Positions 17,037 to 24,143 of a stretch of DNA of 32,633 bases are shown piece by piece. Position 1 is the first letter of the stretch. Each line of letters starts with the position of its first letter. Source of the stretch: a virus; IMG/VR virus record IMGVR_UViG_3300023237_000003; one strand, given 5' to 3'. The notes below the pieces were generated by a model. The model was not told the origin of the DNA. It was given only the letters and a program-made list of their open reading frames with translations, and did no database searches. The position numbers and the translations under genes were made by a program.

Positions 17037-17615
17037 TTAGCATAGGTTGGGCCTCCAATCCGTAATATAATAATTTGACTTCCCTAGATTGCAATCTTCG
17101 CACAAAATTTGCAGGTTATCTTCTGTTAACTCCAAATGAGGGTGAGTGCTTCTTGGTTTTATATGGTCAACATGAACAACAATCCCATGTTCTTTAGGGC
17201 TGCATCCGCACATCATGCATTTGCACTCGTACTTCTCAAGGATTGCAACGCGCAGTTCTCTCCACGCTCTTGATTTATAAAATAACTGGCTCGGCTGAGA
17301 AGATGATTTTAGCTTCCACTTAGCGATTTGATCTTGAGTAATTTTCGGCTTTTTAGGTTGATTAATTTTATTGTATTTTTTTCTGTGCTTTTTTGGGACA
17401 TACCCTTGAAGACTTTGATTCCTAGTATTGATTAAAAGATTCACTACGCTTTGATCAAGTTCTAGGCCTACTAATTTGGATGGCTTGCCCTTGTCGCTTC
17501 CGGTTAAGTCTTTAATAATCTGTTTAGACAAATCAATTTGCGCTTTACACAACCCTCCTCGGCAAGATCTCATTTTCTTAAAATGCTCTTTAGTAAATGT
17601 AACCTTATCTAACAT
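17037..17615 (-). CDS. HNH endonuclease (free-standing, probably mobile)
   Basis: C-terminal CKCMMCGCSPKEHGIVVHVDHIKPRSTHPHLELTEDNLQILCEDCNLGKSN is a complete HNH/zinc motif. GGAGG RBS. Spot counts give 27-40% GC per 60 nt inside the gene against about 53% in the adjacent NinG gene. Confidence 0.9.
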   Translation of the reverse strand: MLDKVTFTKEHFKKMRSCRGGLCKAQIDLSKQIIKDLTGSDKGKPSKLVGLELDQSVVNLLINTRNQSLQGYVPKKHRKKYNKINQPKKPKITQDQIAKWKLKSSSQPSQLFYKSRAWRELRVAILEKYECKCMMCGCSPKEHGIVVHVDHIKPRSTHPHLELTEDNLQILCEDCNLGKSNYYITDWRPNLC

Positions 17616-18067
17616 ATCCTCCTCTCGTGCTTACGGATAAGCTCGGTAAACTCCGCGAGTAGTTGTTCGTAATCTGCCTTGTATCTCTTAACAGGGGACG
17701 ACTTTTTTGCAATCATGTCCTTGACAAATGCTCTTCCGTACATGTCTTCCATCCACATCGTATACTCTTGAGCAGCAGAACCATGCCTCATACCCCACAT
17801 ATTACACCCTGCGCACTGCGGATGGATGTTCTCTATCTCTAATGCCCAGTAGGATGAGTTGCCCTTGGGAATAAAGTGTCCACCCTGCATGTCCTTGTAG
17901 TGCTTTGTAACGCCGCAGGATACACAGCTACAGTACCCCTCGTCATCTGCCGCAGCTATCCTCGCGAGCTTCTGTATAGCCCTGTAGCACTCCTGCTTTA
18001 GCTGTGCCGAGGTCTTAGTCTTAGGTTTAGACTTACGCTTTGCTCGCCTATCGGTCGCTCTTGGCAT
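17609..18067 (-). CDS. ninG: NinG/Rap-family recombination endonuclease
   Basis: CYRAIQKLARI..GYCSCVSCGV..MQGGHFIPKGNS..ENIHPQCAGCNMW..GS..EY resembles lambda NinG (Rap). The track start 18094 is TTG; ATG 18067 (MPRATDRRAKRK..) is preferred. Confidence 0.65.
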   Translation of the reverse strand: MPRATDRRAKRKSKPKTKTSAQLKQECYRAIQKLARIAAADDEGYCSCVSCGVTKHYKDMQGGHFIPKGNSSYWALEIENIHPQCAGCNMWGMRHGSAAQEYTMWMEDMYGRAFVKDMIAKKSSPVKRYKADYEQLLAEFTELIRKHERRIC

Positions 18068-18248
18068 CCCAGTTTCTCTCGTGAAGCAATGCAAACATGG
18101 TTTTCTCAGATCGGATCTGGCTCGCTGTATCCATTCTATCGTAGCGCAGTTTGATTAGCGCAATGCTGAACAGCTTGGACATGACAGAGTATGTCTTAGA
18201 AACAGCTTTAACATCTTCCGGTGGATCGTACTGTGGTTGATCGTTCAT
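18048..18248 (-). CDS. Hypothetical protein
   Basis: 66-aa ORF with an ATG start, packed between the SleB-like and NinG genes. No recognisable motif. Confidence 0.45.
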   Translation of the reverse strand: MNDQPQYDPPEDVKAVSKTYSVMSKLFSIALIKLRYDRMDTASQIRSEKTMFALLHERNWDAKSDR

Positions 18249-18270
18249 GATTATCTAATCTCGAAGGCGC

Positions 18271-18666
18271 CTAGTGATAAAAGATATGCCGACCAATCTG
18301 GCGGCTAATGTTTAGGCTGTCTATCCAGTAGGGGTAAACGTCATCTCTGTGATAGTAGGTAGCCCCGCCTGTTATGTCAACGAGATTAGGCCAATTTACC
18401 GCTATACTGAGGGCTAACGTGTATGCCCCTTGGTCTACTATTACTTCGGGCTTACCATCGCAGTAATAGCTGAAATGGCACTGATTACGGAGCATATGAC
18501 CCATCCGTGACCTGCCTTGTTGGACTACTTCACAGGGTGTATCGGGAAACTTGGGAGATTCCACCCTATTCATGATGGTATTAGCTACTGCGACCTGCCC
18601 ATCCAAGGGTTCAGACCTCGCTTCAAAGTAAATTGCCATAGCTATACACGCGATCGTATTGAGCAT
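18271..18666 (-). CDS. SleB-type cell wall hydrolase (Hydrolase_2 family)
   Basis: AIYFEARSEPLDGQVAVANTIMNRVESPKFPDTPCEVV..QCHFSYYCDG..GGATYYHRDDVYPYWIDSL..IGRHIFY follows the SleB family pattern, including the EA(R) catalytic Glu context. AGGGGA RBS. Confidence 0.75.
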   Translation of the reverse strand: MLNTIACIAMAIYFEARSEPLDGQVAVANTIMNRVESPKFPDTPCEVVQQGRSRMGHMLRNQCHFSYYCDGKPEVIVDQGAYTLALSIAVNWPNLVDITGGATYYHRDDVYPYWIDSLNISRQIGRHIFYH

Positions 18667-18836
18667 CTGTATCCCCTGTATCCTACCTCAATGCCCCGAT
18701 TTCGAGTTCTGCTCTTGCCCTTGAGTAGTACGCCAAAGCCTTCTGGTTTTGCCAGAATGCGGTAGACTTTTTTCTCTTCGTCAGCGCAGAACTTGGCCTC
18801 CTCAAGAGCGTCAGTGAACTCATTAAAGATTATCAT
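18642..18836 (-). CDS. Hypothetical protein
   Basis: 64-aa ORF. Its ATG overlaps the upstream TGA (ATGA), and its 3' end overlaps the SleB-like start by 25 nt. Confidence 0.45.
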   Translation of the reverse strand: MIIFNEFTDALEEAKFCADEEKKVYRILAKPEGFGVLLKGKSRTRNRGIEVGYRGYRCSIRSRV

Positions 18837-19255
18837 TTGCGTTTGCTCGGGAACTCAACGAACACCCCAAACTTATCGCTGAGATGTCGGCTTAGTACAG
18901 AGTAAGTGTTGTGGTAATCATCCGCCCCTACCTTCGCGGTAGACTCTTCGTTAGCTACAATCTTTTGGATGGGCTTCCAGAGGTATTGTTTCACAAGCGA
19001 TGGTGACCACGGGATATCCACCTCCTCCTTGATGACTCGCTTCATATCATAGCCTGAATCGTTCAGCTTCTCGCCTAGTAGACGACAGTACACATGCAGC
19101 GCGTTGTTCTGTGTAGATGTTCTGGTCTTGCCACCCTTGATCTTGAGTGTCAGATACTTCTTCTCCTCGTACATCTGAGTCATCATCTTAATGAAAGCTT
19201 CAAGCGAAAGCCTATCATCCACCACCCAGAAATCCCCTTGATTTATATCAGTCAT
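18833..19255 (-). CDS. NinB/Orf-like recombination mediator (tentative)
   Basis: KTRTSTQNNALHVYCRLLGEKL loosely parallels the lambda NinB motif RNRSLDQNRKLWACLGDV. It lies in a nin-like neighbourhood with NinG. Similarity was judged by eye only. Confidence 0.4.
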   Translation of the reverse strand: MTDINQGDFWVVDDRLSLEAFIKMMTQMYEEKKYLTLKIKGGKTRTSTQNNALHVYCRLLGEKLNDSGYDMKRVIKEEVDIPWSPSLVKQYLWKPIQKIVANEESTAKVGADDYHNTYSVLSRHLSDKFGVFVEFPSKRK

Positions 19256-19428
19256 TTTTTTCCCCTCTGACCGAAGCGAGCATCAAACCTCTGCTTCTCT
19301 GTGAGTATATGATCGGAGTAGGTGCAGGGAGGGAAGTGTTTAACTTCCCCGCCCTTGCTGAAAAACAACTCCAAGTCTTTTTCCAATTTATCTCTGACCT
19401 GTTGGTTACTCTGAGTCGCCGTCAGCAT
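19252..19428 (-). CDS. 58-aa protein missing from the ORF track
   Basis: ATG 19428 with AGGAG 6 nt upstream. Translation MLTATQSNQQVRDKLEKDLELFFSKGGEVKHFPPCTYSDHILTEKQRFDARFGQRGKK. Its TGA overlaps the next ATG (ATGA at 19252-19255). It fills an otherwise non-coding gap. Confidence 0.55.
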   Translation of the reverse strand: MLTATQSNQQVRDKLEKDLELFFSKGGEVKHFPPCTYSDHILTEKQRFDARFGQRGKK

Positions 19429-19633
19429 ACTCTTCTCCTATTTTAAATACATCATCCATGCTCATGCCAAGCGCGTCACATATTTCTTTGTAGCGTTTCA
19501 CAGTCATTCCCCGGTGAGTCAGGGAGTGAGAGTAGTTAGCTGCACTAACCCCTATCTGTTGGGCTACTTTAATATGCTTAATACCCGCGATGGCATGAGC
19601 AGTTCGGACTGCCCTTCCTATATGAATAGGCAT
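19406..19633 (-). CDS. Cro/XRE-family helix-turn-helix regulator
   Basis: 75 aa. IKHIKVAQQIGVSAANYSHSLTHRGMTVKRYKEICDALGMSMDDVF fits the HTH_XRE layout. GAGGAG RBS. Confidence 0.7.
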   Translation of the reverse strand: MPIHIGRAVRTAHAIAGIKHIKVAQQIGVSAANYSHSLTHRGMTVKRYKEICDALGMSMDDVFKIGEEYADGDSE

Positions 19634-19643
19634 TTAGCGCTCC

Positions 19644-20237
19644 TCACAGAACCCAACAACGAAAAGTTATAGCATCGCCATCACTGAGCTTGCGGGTAGA
19701 TGGTTTCTTTTTCATAGACTTTGCTAAATCTGTAAAACGCTGACGCTCTGCCATAGTGTTTACAAGAATAGAATCACCAGACTTCATCCTTTTTACTATT
19801 GGGCGCATAAGCTGACGCAAGCTACTCGGCTTTGAAGAAAATGGGCGAGGCGCAGCAAAATCTGTTTCTATCACATAAGAAGGTTTTGCTTTGTTGGATA
19901 AAACGCTTTTAGGTTTAACGGGCTTGCTGTCTTCTATAGTGTAGCTAAGTGTAGGCTCTTGTGGCGACTGAGATTTAGCGATGTCATCCATCAACGACTT
20001 ATGCTTTTCTGCCGTCATCCTTTCCTTTGGCTCAAGAAAATCCATGCTTAGAACCAAGCACTCTTCAATAATATCTGTGGCGCTTTTGCCTAACTCAATT
20101 TTTTTAAACTGAATTTTCTTATAGGTCTCGTCCATTAGGTTGACACTAATTCTCTGCATACCTTCTGGCGCGTAACTTGATTTACTACTATGAGTCTGTT
20201 CTTCCTGCTTAGTTTTTCGCGAATTAAAAAATGGCAT
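19644..20237 (-). CDS. Ribbon-helix-helix domain protein with a long low-complexity tail
   Basis: QRISVNLMDETYKKIQFKKIELGKSATDIIEECL looks like an RHH (Arc/CopG-type) fold. ATG 20237 (MPFFNSRK..) has GGAGG upstream and avoids overlapping the preceding gene, unlike track start 20336. Confidence 0.5.
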   Translation of the reverse strand: MPFFNSRKTKQEEQTHSSKSSYAPEGMQRISVNLMDETYKKIQFKKIELGKSATDIIEECLVLSMDFLEPKERMTAEKHKSLMDDIAKSQSPQEPTLSYTIEDSKPVKPKSVLSNKAKPSYVIETDFAAPRPFSSKPSSLRQLMRPIVKRMKSGDSILVNTMAERQRFTDLAKSMKKKPSTRKLSDGDAITFRCWVL

Positions 20238-20277
20238 ATCATCCTCCAAGGATAAGGGGGCTTGCACCCCCGATAAA

Positions 20278-20520
20278 TTAAAAGGGTATATCTTCTGAAG
20301 CAACCTCCACCCTGGGGGCAGGTGCAGACTGAACATCCTTCGGCTTAACCGATAGGCTCATGTACTTCTTACCGTTCTTAGATTCCTTGAGCCACGAATT
20401 CAGCCAGTACTCCTGCCCTGCTACATTGATCGTTCCATTGTAGTCAGCGTGTGTCTCGGCTTCTTTGCGCTCGTTCTTGAACAGTGCGCCACGGTTTGTA
20501 TCATCGTAATCACTCATCAT
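20278..20520 (-). CDS. Mini SSB-like protein with a canonical SSB C-terminal tip
   Basis: 80 aa. GALFKNERKEAETHADYNGTINVAGQEYWLNSWLKESKNGKKYMSLSV is an OB-like pattern seen in small phage ssDNA-binding proteins. The protein ends ..ASEDIPF; E. coli SSB ends ..DDDIPF. It sits next to the exonuclease and ERF genes. Confidence 0.55.
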   Translation of the reverse strand: MMSDYDDTNRGALFKNERKEAETHADYNGTINVAGQEYWLNSWLKESKNGKKYMSLSVKPKDVQSAPAPRVEVASEDIPF

Positions 20521-20526
20521 ATTCTC

Positions 20527-21126
20527 CTACTGAAAGTATTGGTTAACATCTTGTTTGATTCTTAATGCTGCATTGGTTACATGTTCTGCCAATGCTGCTA
20601 TGTACTCCTCATCGCGTTCTACGCGAACGATCAAAGGTTTCATGGTCTGGTGATAGGACATGAAATCCCACCACGATCTGCCTGTGACCCACAAGCAACC
20701 CATGATCTGCTGCAAGTGTTTAGAAGGCACGACTCCTGCCTTCACCCACTCAACATGCGTAGCAGGGGCAGGACATTTGATTTCCAAACCGCCGTCCTCC
20801 CCTATCAATCCGTCTGGCGAACAACCTGCGTTAACAGTATCGTGCAGACAGAATCCCACTTCCTGAACAGTCTGACCTGTCAGGGCTTCGTACAATTCAC
20901 GGGCATCTGGTTCTAACTCAGTGCCGCGCTTCATGTGTTCGTTGACGTAGACCAAAGTGGTCTCGCCAGTTAACTCTTCAGCGACTAGCTGATTGATGTA
21001 CGCCTCAACCTGCGTAGACTTGCCCCCCTTTCCGGTGACTATCTTAGAAAACTGTGAGGCAGAGGGGACACCTAGCCTATGAGTGAGCCACTCAGGACTG
21101 CCCTGTTCGCACTCAATCAGGCGCAT
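20527..21126 (-). CDS. YqaJ-type (lambda Exo-like, PD-(D/E)XK) recombination exonuclease
   Basis: QGSPEWLTHRLGVPSASQFSKI.., GTELEPDARELYE.., GCSPDGLIGEDGGLEIKCP match YqaJ viral recombinase motifs. Confidence 0.8.
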   Translation of the reverse strand: MRLIECEQGSPEWLTHRLGVPSASQFSKIVTGKGGKSTQVEAYINQLVAEELTGETTLVYVNEHMKRGTELEPDARELYEALTGQTVQEVGFCLHDTVNAGCSPDGLIGEDGGLEIKCPAPATHVEWVKAGVVPSKHLQQIMGCLWVTGRSWWDFMSYHQTMKPLIVRVERDEEYIAALAEHVTNAALRIKQDVNQYFQ

Positions 21127-21563
21127 TAGAAGAAATCCTCAGTAGCTTTTGCAGGATGATGCGGATGCTTAGGCTTGGTCGATGCAGCGTTGCCATCGTC
21201 ATCTTCGGCAGGGATACCTGCAATAGACTGTAAAGCGTACCGTCTAGCGTAGGTGATAGCTGAACCCGCACCGTGAGCATCTAACTTGCCTAGAGGTATT
21301 AAGAATTCCTGCTCTAGCCACTCACCGGATGCATGCATTAGGCGTGTAGATACCCCAATGCCACCCTGCCCATTGACGGGGAATTGCACATAGCTCAGGC
21401 CATGCTTCGCGAATGGGGCTTTAACTGCTTGTATTACAGCCCCAAGATCAGCGTAGCTAGACTTGAAGAATGGATTGGACGAGCCTTTAACGGCTGCCCC
21501 CATCTCCCCCTGTGCCGCAGCCATCGCGGCTGCTAGGTTTGCTATTGATTCAGATTGTTTCAT
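21126..21563 (-). CDS. erf: ERF-family single-strand annealing protein
   Basis: IANLAAAMAAAQGEM..SSNPFFKSSYADLGAVIQAVKAPFAKHGLS..TRLMHASGEW..AGSAITYARRYALQSIAGI is the ERF core. TAATG overlap with the exonuclease gene. Confidence 0.8.
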   Translation of the reverse strand: MKQSESIANLAAAMAAAQGEMGAAVKGSSNPFFKSSYADLGAVIQAVKAPFAKHGLSYVQFPVNGQGGIGVSTRLMHASGEWLEQEFLIPLGKLDAHGAGSAITYARRYALQSIAGIPAEDDDGNAASTKPKHPHHPAKATEDFF

Positions 21564-21572
21564 GGTATCCCC

Positions 21573-21989
21573 CTAGAAATATGTTTGTTCGTGTTGGTCA
21601 TCGCGAATGCGGTGCATGACCTGCTCGGAAGTCGCATACTCGTGACCGTACACAGCCAGTGCAGTCTCAGCTATGCCGATCTCGCGAGTGGCAACATCCT
21701 TAATAAAAGACATGACAGCATCGCGCATCTCGCTGCGAAAGATCCCAGCATAGGTGAGGGTGTCAGATTTGTTGGTGACTAACTTATGGATGCAGCCGCG
21801 AAGGACTTCGGGGTCGGCATGGTAGAGCATGATGTCACACAGATACTCATTGGCATCTGCGTCATGCAGGACAGAGAAGATCATCTTGTTGATGTCATCT
21901 TGGGGTACTACGTCCCAATCAATGTCACCGTCAATGAGATATTGTGTTGCAGTTGTCGGCTCAGCGAGCCACTCTTTAATGTATTTCAT
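21573..21989 (-). CDS. Hypothetical protein
   Basis: ATG 21989 (MKYIKEWL..) has GGAGG 6 nt upstream. Track start 22016 has no SD. Confidence 0.55.
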   Translation of the reverse strand: MKYIKEWLAEPTTATQYLIDGDIDWDVVPQDDINKMIFSVLHDADANEYLCDIMLYHADPEVLRGCIHKLVTNKSDTLTYAGIFRSEMRDAVMSFIKDVATREIGIAETALAVYGHEYATSEQVMHRIRDDQHEQTYF

Positions 21990-22027
21990 AGCATCCTCCT
22001 CAGAATGTGTAATCATCGTAATATATA

Positions 22028-22996
22028 TTAAATGTCCTTGTCAACAATTGTGTTGAAATAAAATCTTCTAGGCCGATCCTCCTGCTCGGTTAGCTGTAAG
22101 CTGTTGTCGTGAAAGTAAAAATTGTATGTTCCCTCCCATCCACCGCTGTGTCTTTGCTTGGCAACAATGAATTTTTGGTCTTTATGTTTGGCTAAAAATT
22201 CCTGCTGCTTCTCATCTAGTTCGGTCATCTTAGCTAATTCCTTTAGCTGTTTTCGCTTCGCGTTGCTACAAGTTAGCAGGACATTATCAGCCATATCTGT
22301 AAGCGTACCTGCCCCGCGAATGGAATACTTGTCGGGTATCCAATTGTCATCTGCCTGTGGGGGCTTCCGAATGTGAGCCACTAATATAATCCCGACATCT
22401 AATGTCTTGGCGCAGTGCTGTAGCTTATTCACGAACTCTGTCTCGGCTGCATAATCTTGAAAGCCCGTGCCACATTTCGCCAGGGAATCAACGAAGACAT
22501 ACTTGCAGCCCAGTTCCTTCACGCAATAGTGGATGATGGATAGCACTCGCTCAGGCTTCACTGTGTCTAACTGGTCAAATATGACTAGGTTCTTGTCAAC
22601 GAACGCTGAGAACTCTTGAATAAATGGCTCGGCGGGTGTGCCATCATCCTTCGTACCTGCGGCTTGCATTAGCATGCGGTACAGGGATTCGCTCGGCTTC
22701 ATTTCAAGGGACGCGAGGCAGACCTTGGATTCCTTGAGCAGACTTAGGATTATCTCGCCACAGATCAGAGATTTCTTTGAGGCATTAGCGCCACCGAATA
22801 TGGTTAACTCGCCCTGCCTTAACCGAAACGTGTCATGCGTCTTAGGCCACGGTAGTTTAGCACCCCAGATCTTTTGGCCTTTGGATCGTTCGACCACCTC
22901 ATCATGCCACCTGCCCGCGCTGTGGATCTGCGAGGCTTCCATCATGCCAGTAAGTTCGAGGTACTGTTCTAATTCCAACCCCTGCGGCAGCTTCAT
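22028..22996 (-). CDS. DnaB/T7 gp4-type (RecA-fold) replicative helicase
   Basis: Motifs: GELTIFGGANASKKSLICGE (Walker A with Lys where the usual Gly precedes the invariant Lys), KYVFVDSL (Walker B), GIILVAHIRK, IRGAGTLTDMADNVL. ATGA overlap with the organizer gene. Confidence 0.7.
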   Translation of the reverse strand: MKLPQGLELEQYLELTGMMEASQIHSAGRWHDEVVERSKGQKIWGAKLPWPKTHDTFRLRQGELTIFGGANASKKSLICGEIILSLLKESKVCLASLEMKPSESLYRMLMQAAGTKDDGTPAEPFIQEFSAFVDKNLVIFDQLDTVKPERVLSIIHYCVKELGCKYVFVDSLAKCGTGFQDYAAETEFVNKLQHCAKTLDVGIILVAHIRKPPQADDNWIPDKYSIRGAGTLTDMADNVLLTCSNAKRKQLKELAKMTELDEKQQEFLAKHKDQKFIVAKQRHSGGWEGTYNFYFHDNSLQLTEQEDRPRRFYFNTIVDKDI

Positions 22997-23607
22997 AGCT
23001 CAACTCCCCATGACTGTTCGCGAGTAGGGGTCTGCTCTTGCCTACGCTTCTCCCATGTAACGACACAGGCTTTCCATGACTTCATCCTCTCTTTACCGAT
23101 CTTCCACCCTCGCGCTTCATAGAACGCGATGAACATTTCAGGGTCGATTCCATTGCTGCGAGAGTCACAATACGCCTTCACTTCATCTACGGTCGGGGGT
23201 ATAGATTGTTCTTTGTTACTTGTTACTTGTATAGTTGTTGCCCTTTGCTTGTCAGTTGCTTGACTCTTGCTTGTCAGTTGCTTGCCCGAATCTTGGTACT
23301 GAGCGTAGTTAGTTATTGAAATTATTGAGAATTTATTGGTGGTTTGCTTGGCAATCATGTCGTCTTTTTCAAACCAATCTAGGTACTTTCTCAAACGCCG
23401 TATTGAGATGTTTAATCTGGCGCTCGCGGCATTCAAACCGAAGACCAGTTGACCCCGCTTTATGGTTAGCATTCGCCCGTTAAACGAGGTCGCTTTGTCT
23501 GTTAAGGACGCAGCCATTAGCAAGTAAATCCATAGTTTCAACGCCTCAGGCTCTTGCCACAGGAAGTTGTCCTGTATTGCCCTGTCTAATCTGATCCATC
23601 CATTCAT
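22993..23607 (-). CDS. Replication organizer / initiator (winged-helix N-domain plus conserved phage C-terminal domain)
   Basis: The N-terminus WIRLDRAI..LW..PEALKLWIYLLM..IKRGQLVFGLNAASARLNISIRRLRKYLDWFEKDDMI is typical of phage replisome organizers. The C-terminus PTVDEVKAYCDSRSNGIDPEMFIAFYEARGWKIGKERMKSWKACVVTWEKR resembles the 'conserved phage C-terminus' domain. The linker carries DNA iterons. Confidence 0.6.
   Translation of the reverse strand: MNGWIRLDRAIQDNFLWQEPEALKLWIYLLMAASLTDKATSFNGRMLTIKRGQLVFGLNAASARLNISIRRLRKYLDWFEKDDMIAKQTTNKFSIISITNYAQYQDSGKQLTSKSQATDKQRATTIQVTSNKEQSIPPTVDEVKAYCDSRSNGIDPEMFIAFYEARGWKIGKERMKSWKACVVTWEKRRQEQTPTREQSWGVEL
23206..23350. repeat. Iteron plus AT-rich block inside the organizer gene (candidate replication origin)
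   Basis: TTGCTTG at 23245, 23256, 23267 and 23278 (11-bp phase) and again at 23344. TTGTT-type heptamers at 23206-23241. TTATTG at 23313, 23323 and 23333 (10-bp phase) in an AT-rich stretch. Confidence 0.55.
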
Positions 23608-24005
23608 TTTATCCCCCTCGCGCCATTAACTATCCGCTGCGCCTCATAAATATCTGATTTATCTTTCTCAGTAAATGCTACCCCCTCGCGAGAGCATACT
23701 GGCACTAATTCTAGCAACCACTCGGCAGACTTCACCTGCTCGCGTGTATGCTTGCTTGCCCTTGGGGTATAGGGTGACCCATCATTAGGGTAGATATCCC
23801 GCCACGCAAGCCCTGCTGCCTTTAGAATGGACTCTGCGCTACAGTCCTGAGCAAAACAGTGGAGCAATACCCTATCATCTGCCTCGCGGTATAGAATACT
23901 GAGTGAGTGAGACTTGTCATCGTGCGCAGGGCATAAGGCCATAGCCTTGTTTCCCTTGCGCCGCACCCCCTCCAACTTGCTACAAACTAATTCAAAATCA
24001 GACAT
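23604..24005 (-). CDS. Stand-alone primase-type (CHC2-like) zinc-finger protein
   Basis: ALCPAHDDKSHSLSILYREADDRVLLHCFAQDCSAESILKAAGLAWRDIY matches the N-terminal zinc-binding module of phage/plasmid primases. At 133 aa it has no TOPRIM or primase-polymerase catalytic domain. Confidence 0.6.
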   Translation of the reverse strand: MSDFELVCSKLEGVRRKGNKAMALCPAHDDKSHSLSILYREADDRVLLHCFAQDCSAESILKAAGLAWRDIYPNDGSPYTPRASKHTREQVKSAEWLLELVPVCSREGVAFTEKDKSDIYEAQRIVNGARGIK

Positions 24006-24088
24006 TTATTCCCCCTTGCGGTATATGGGGAGAGCAGTTAACCTGCCTGTGATCGCAATGCATCCTCCTCCCCCTTGTGGTGTGATCA

Positions 24089-24118
24089 GCTCCCCCGAAA
24101 GGGGGGGCGCTTTATTTC
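24089..24118 (+). terminator. Intrinsic-terminator-like hairpin oriented for the + strand, inside the leftward operon
   Basis: GCTCCCCC (24089-24096), GAAA loop, GGGGGGGC (24101-24108), then GCTTTATTTC. On the - strand the hairpin is followed by AGCTGATCAC, so there is no U-tract. Confidence 0.45.
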
Positions 24119-24143
24119 AATCCTATCTAGTATATCCCCTATC

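Noticed and set aside
23998-24063. 21-aa leader-like ORF (MHCDHRQVNCSPHIPQGGINV) with GGAGGAGG just before its ATG, overlapping the zinc-finger gene start
   Set aside because: The SD-to-ATG spacing is too short (about 3 nt) and the peptide has no recognisable feature. The purine-rich tract may be fortuitous. Only ribosome profiling could justify calling it.
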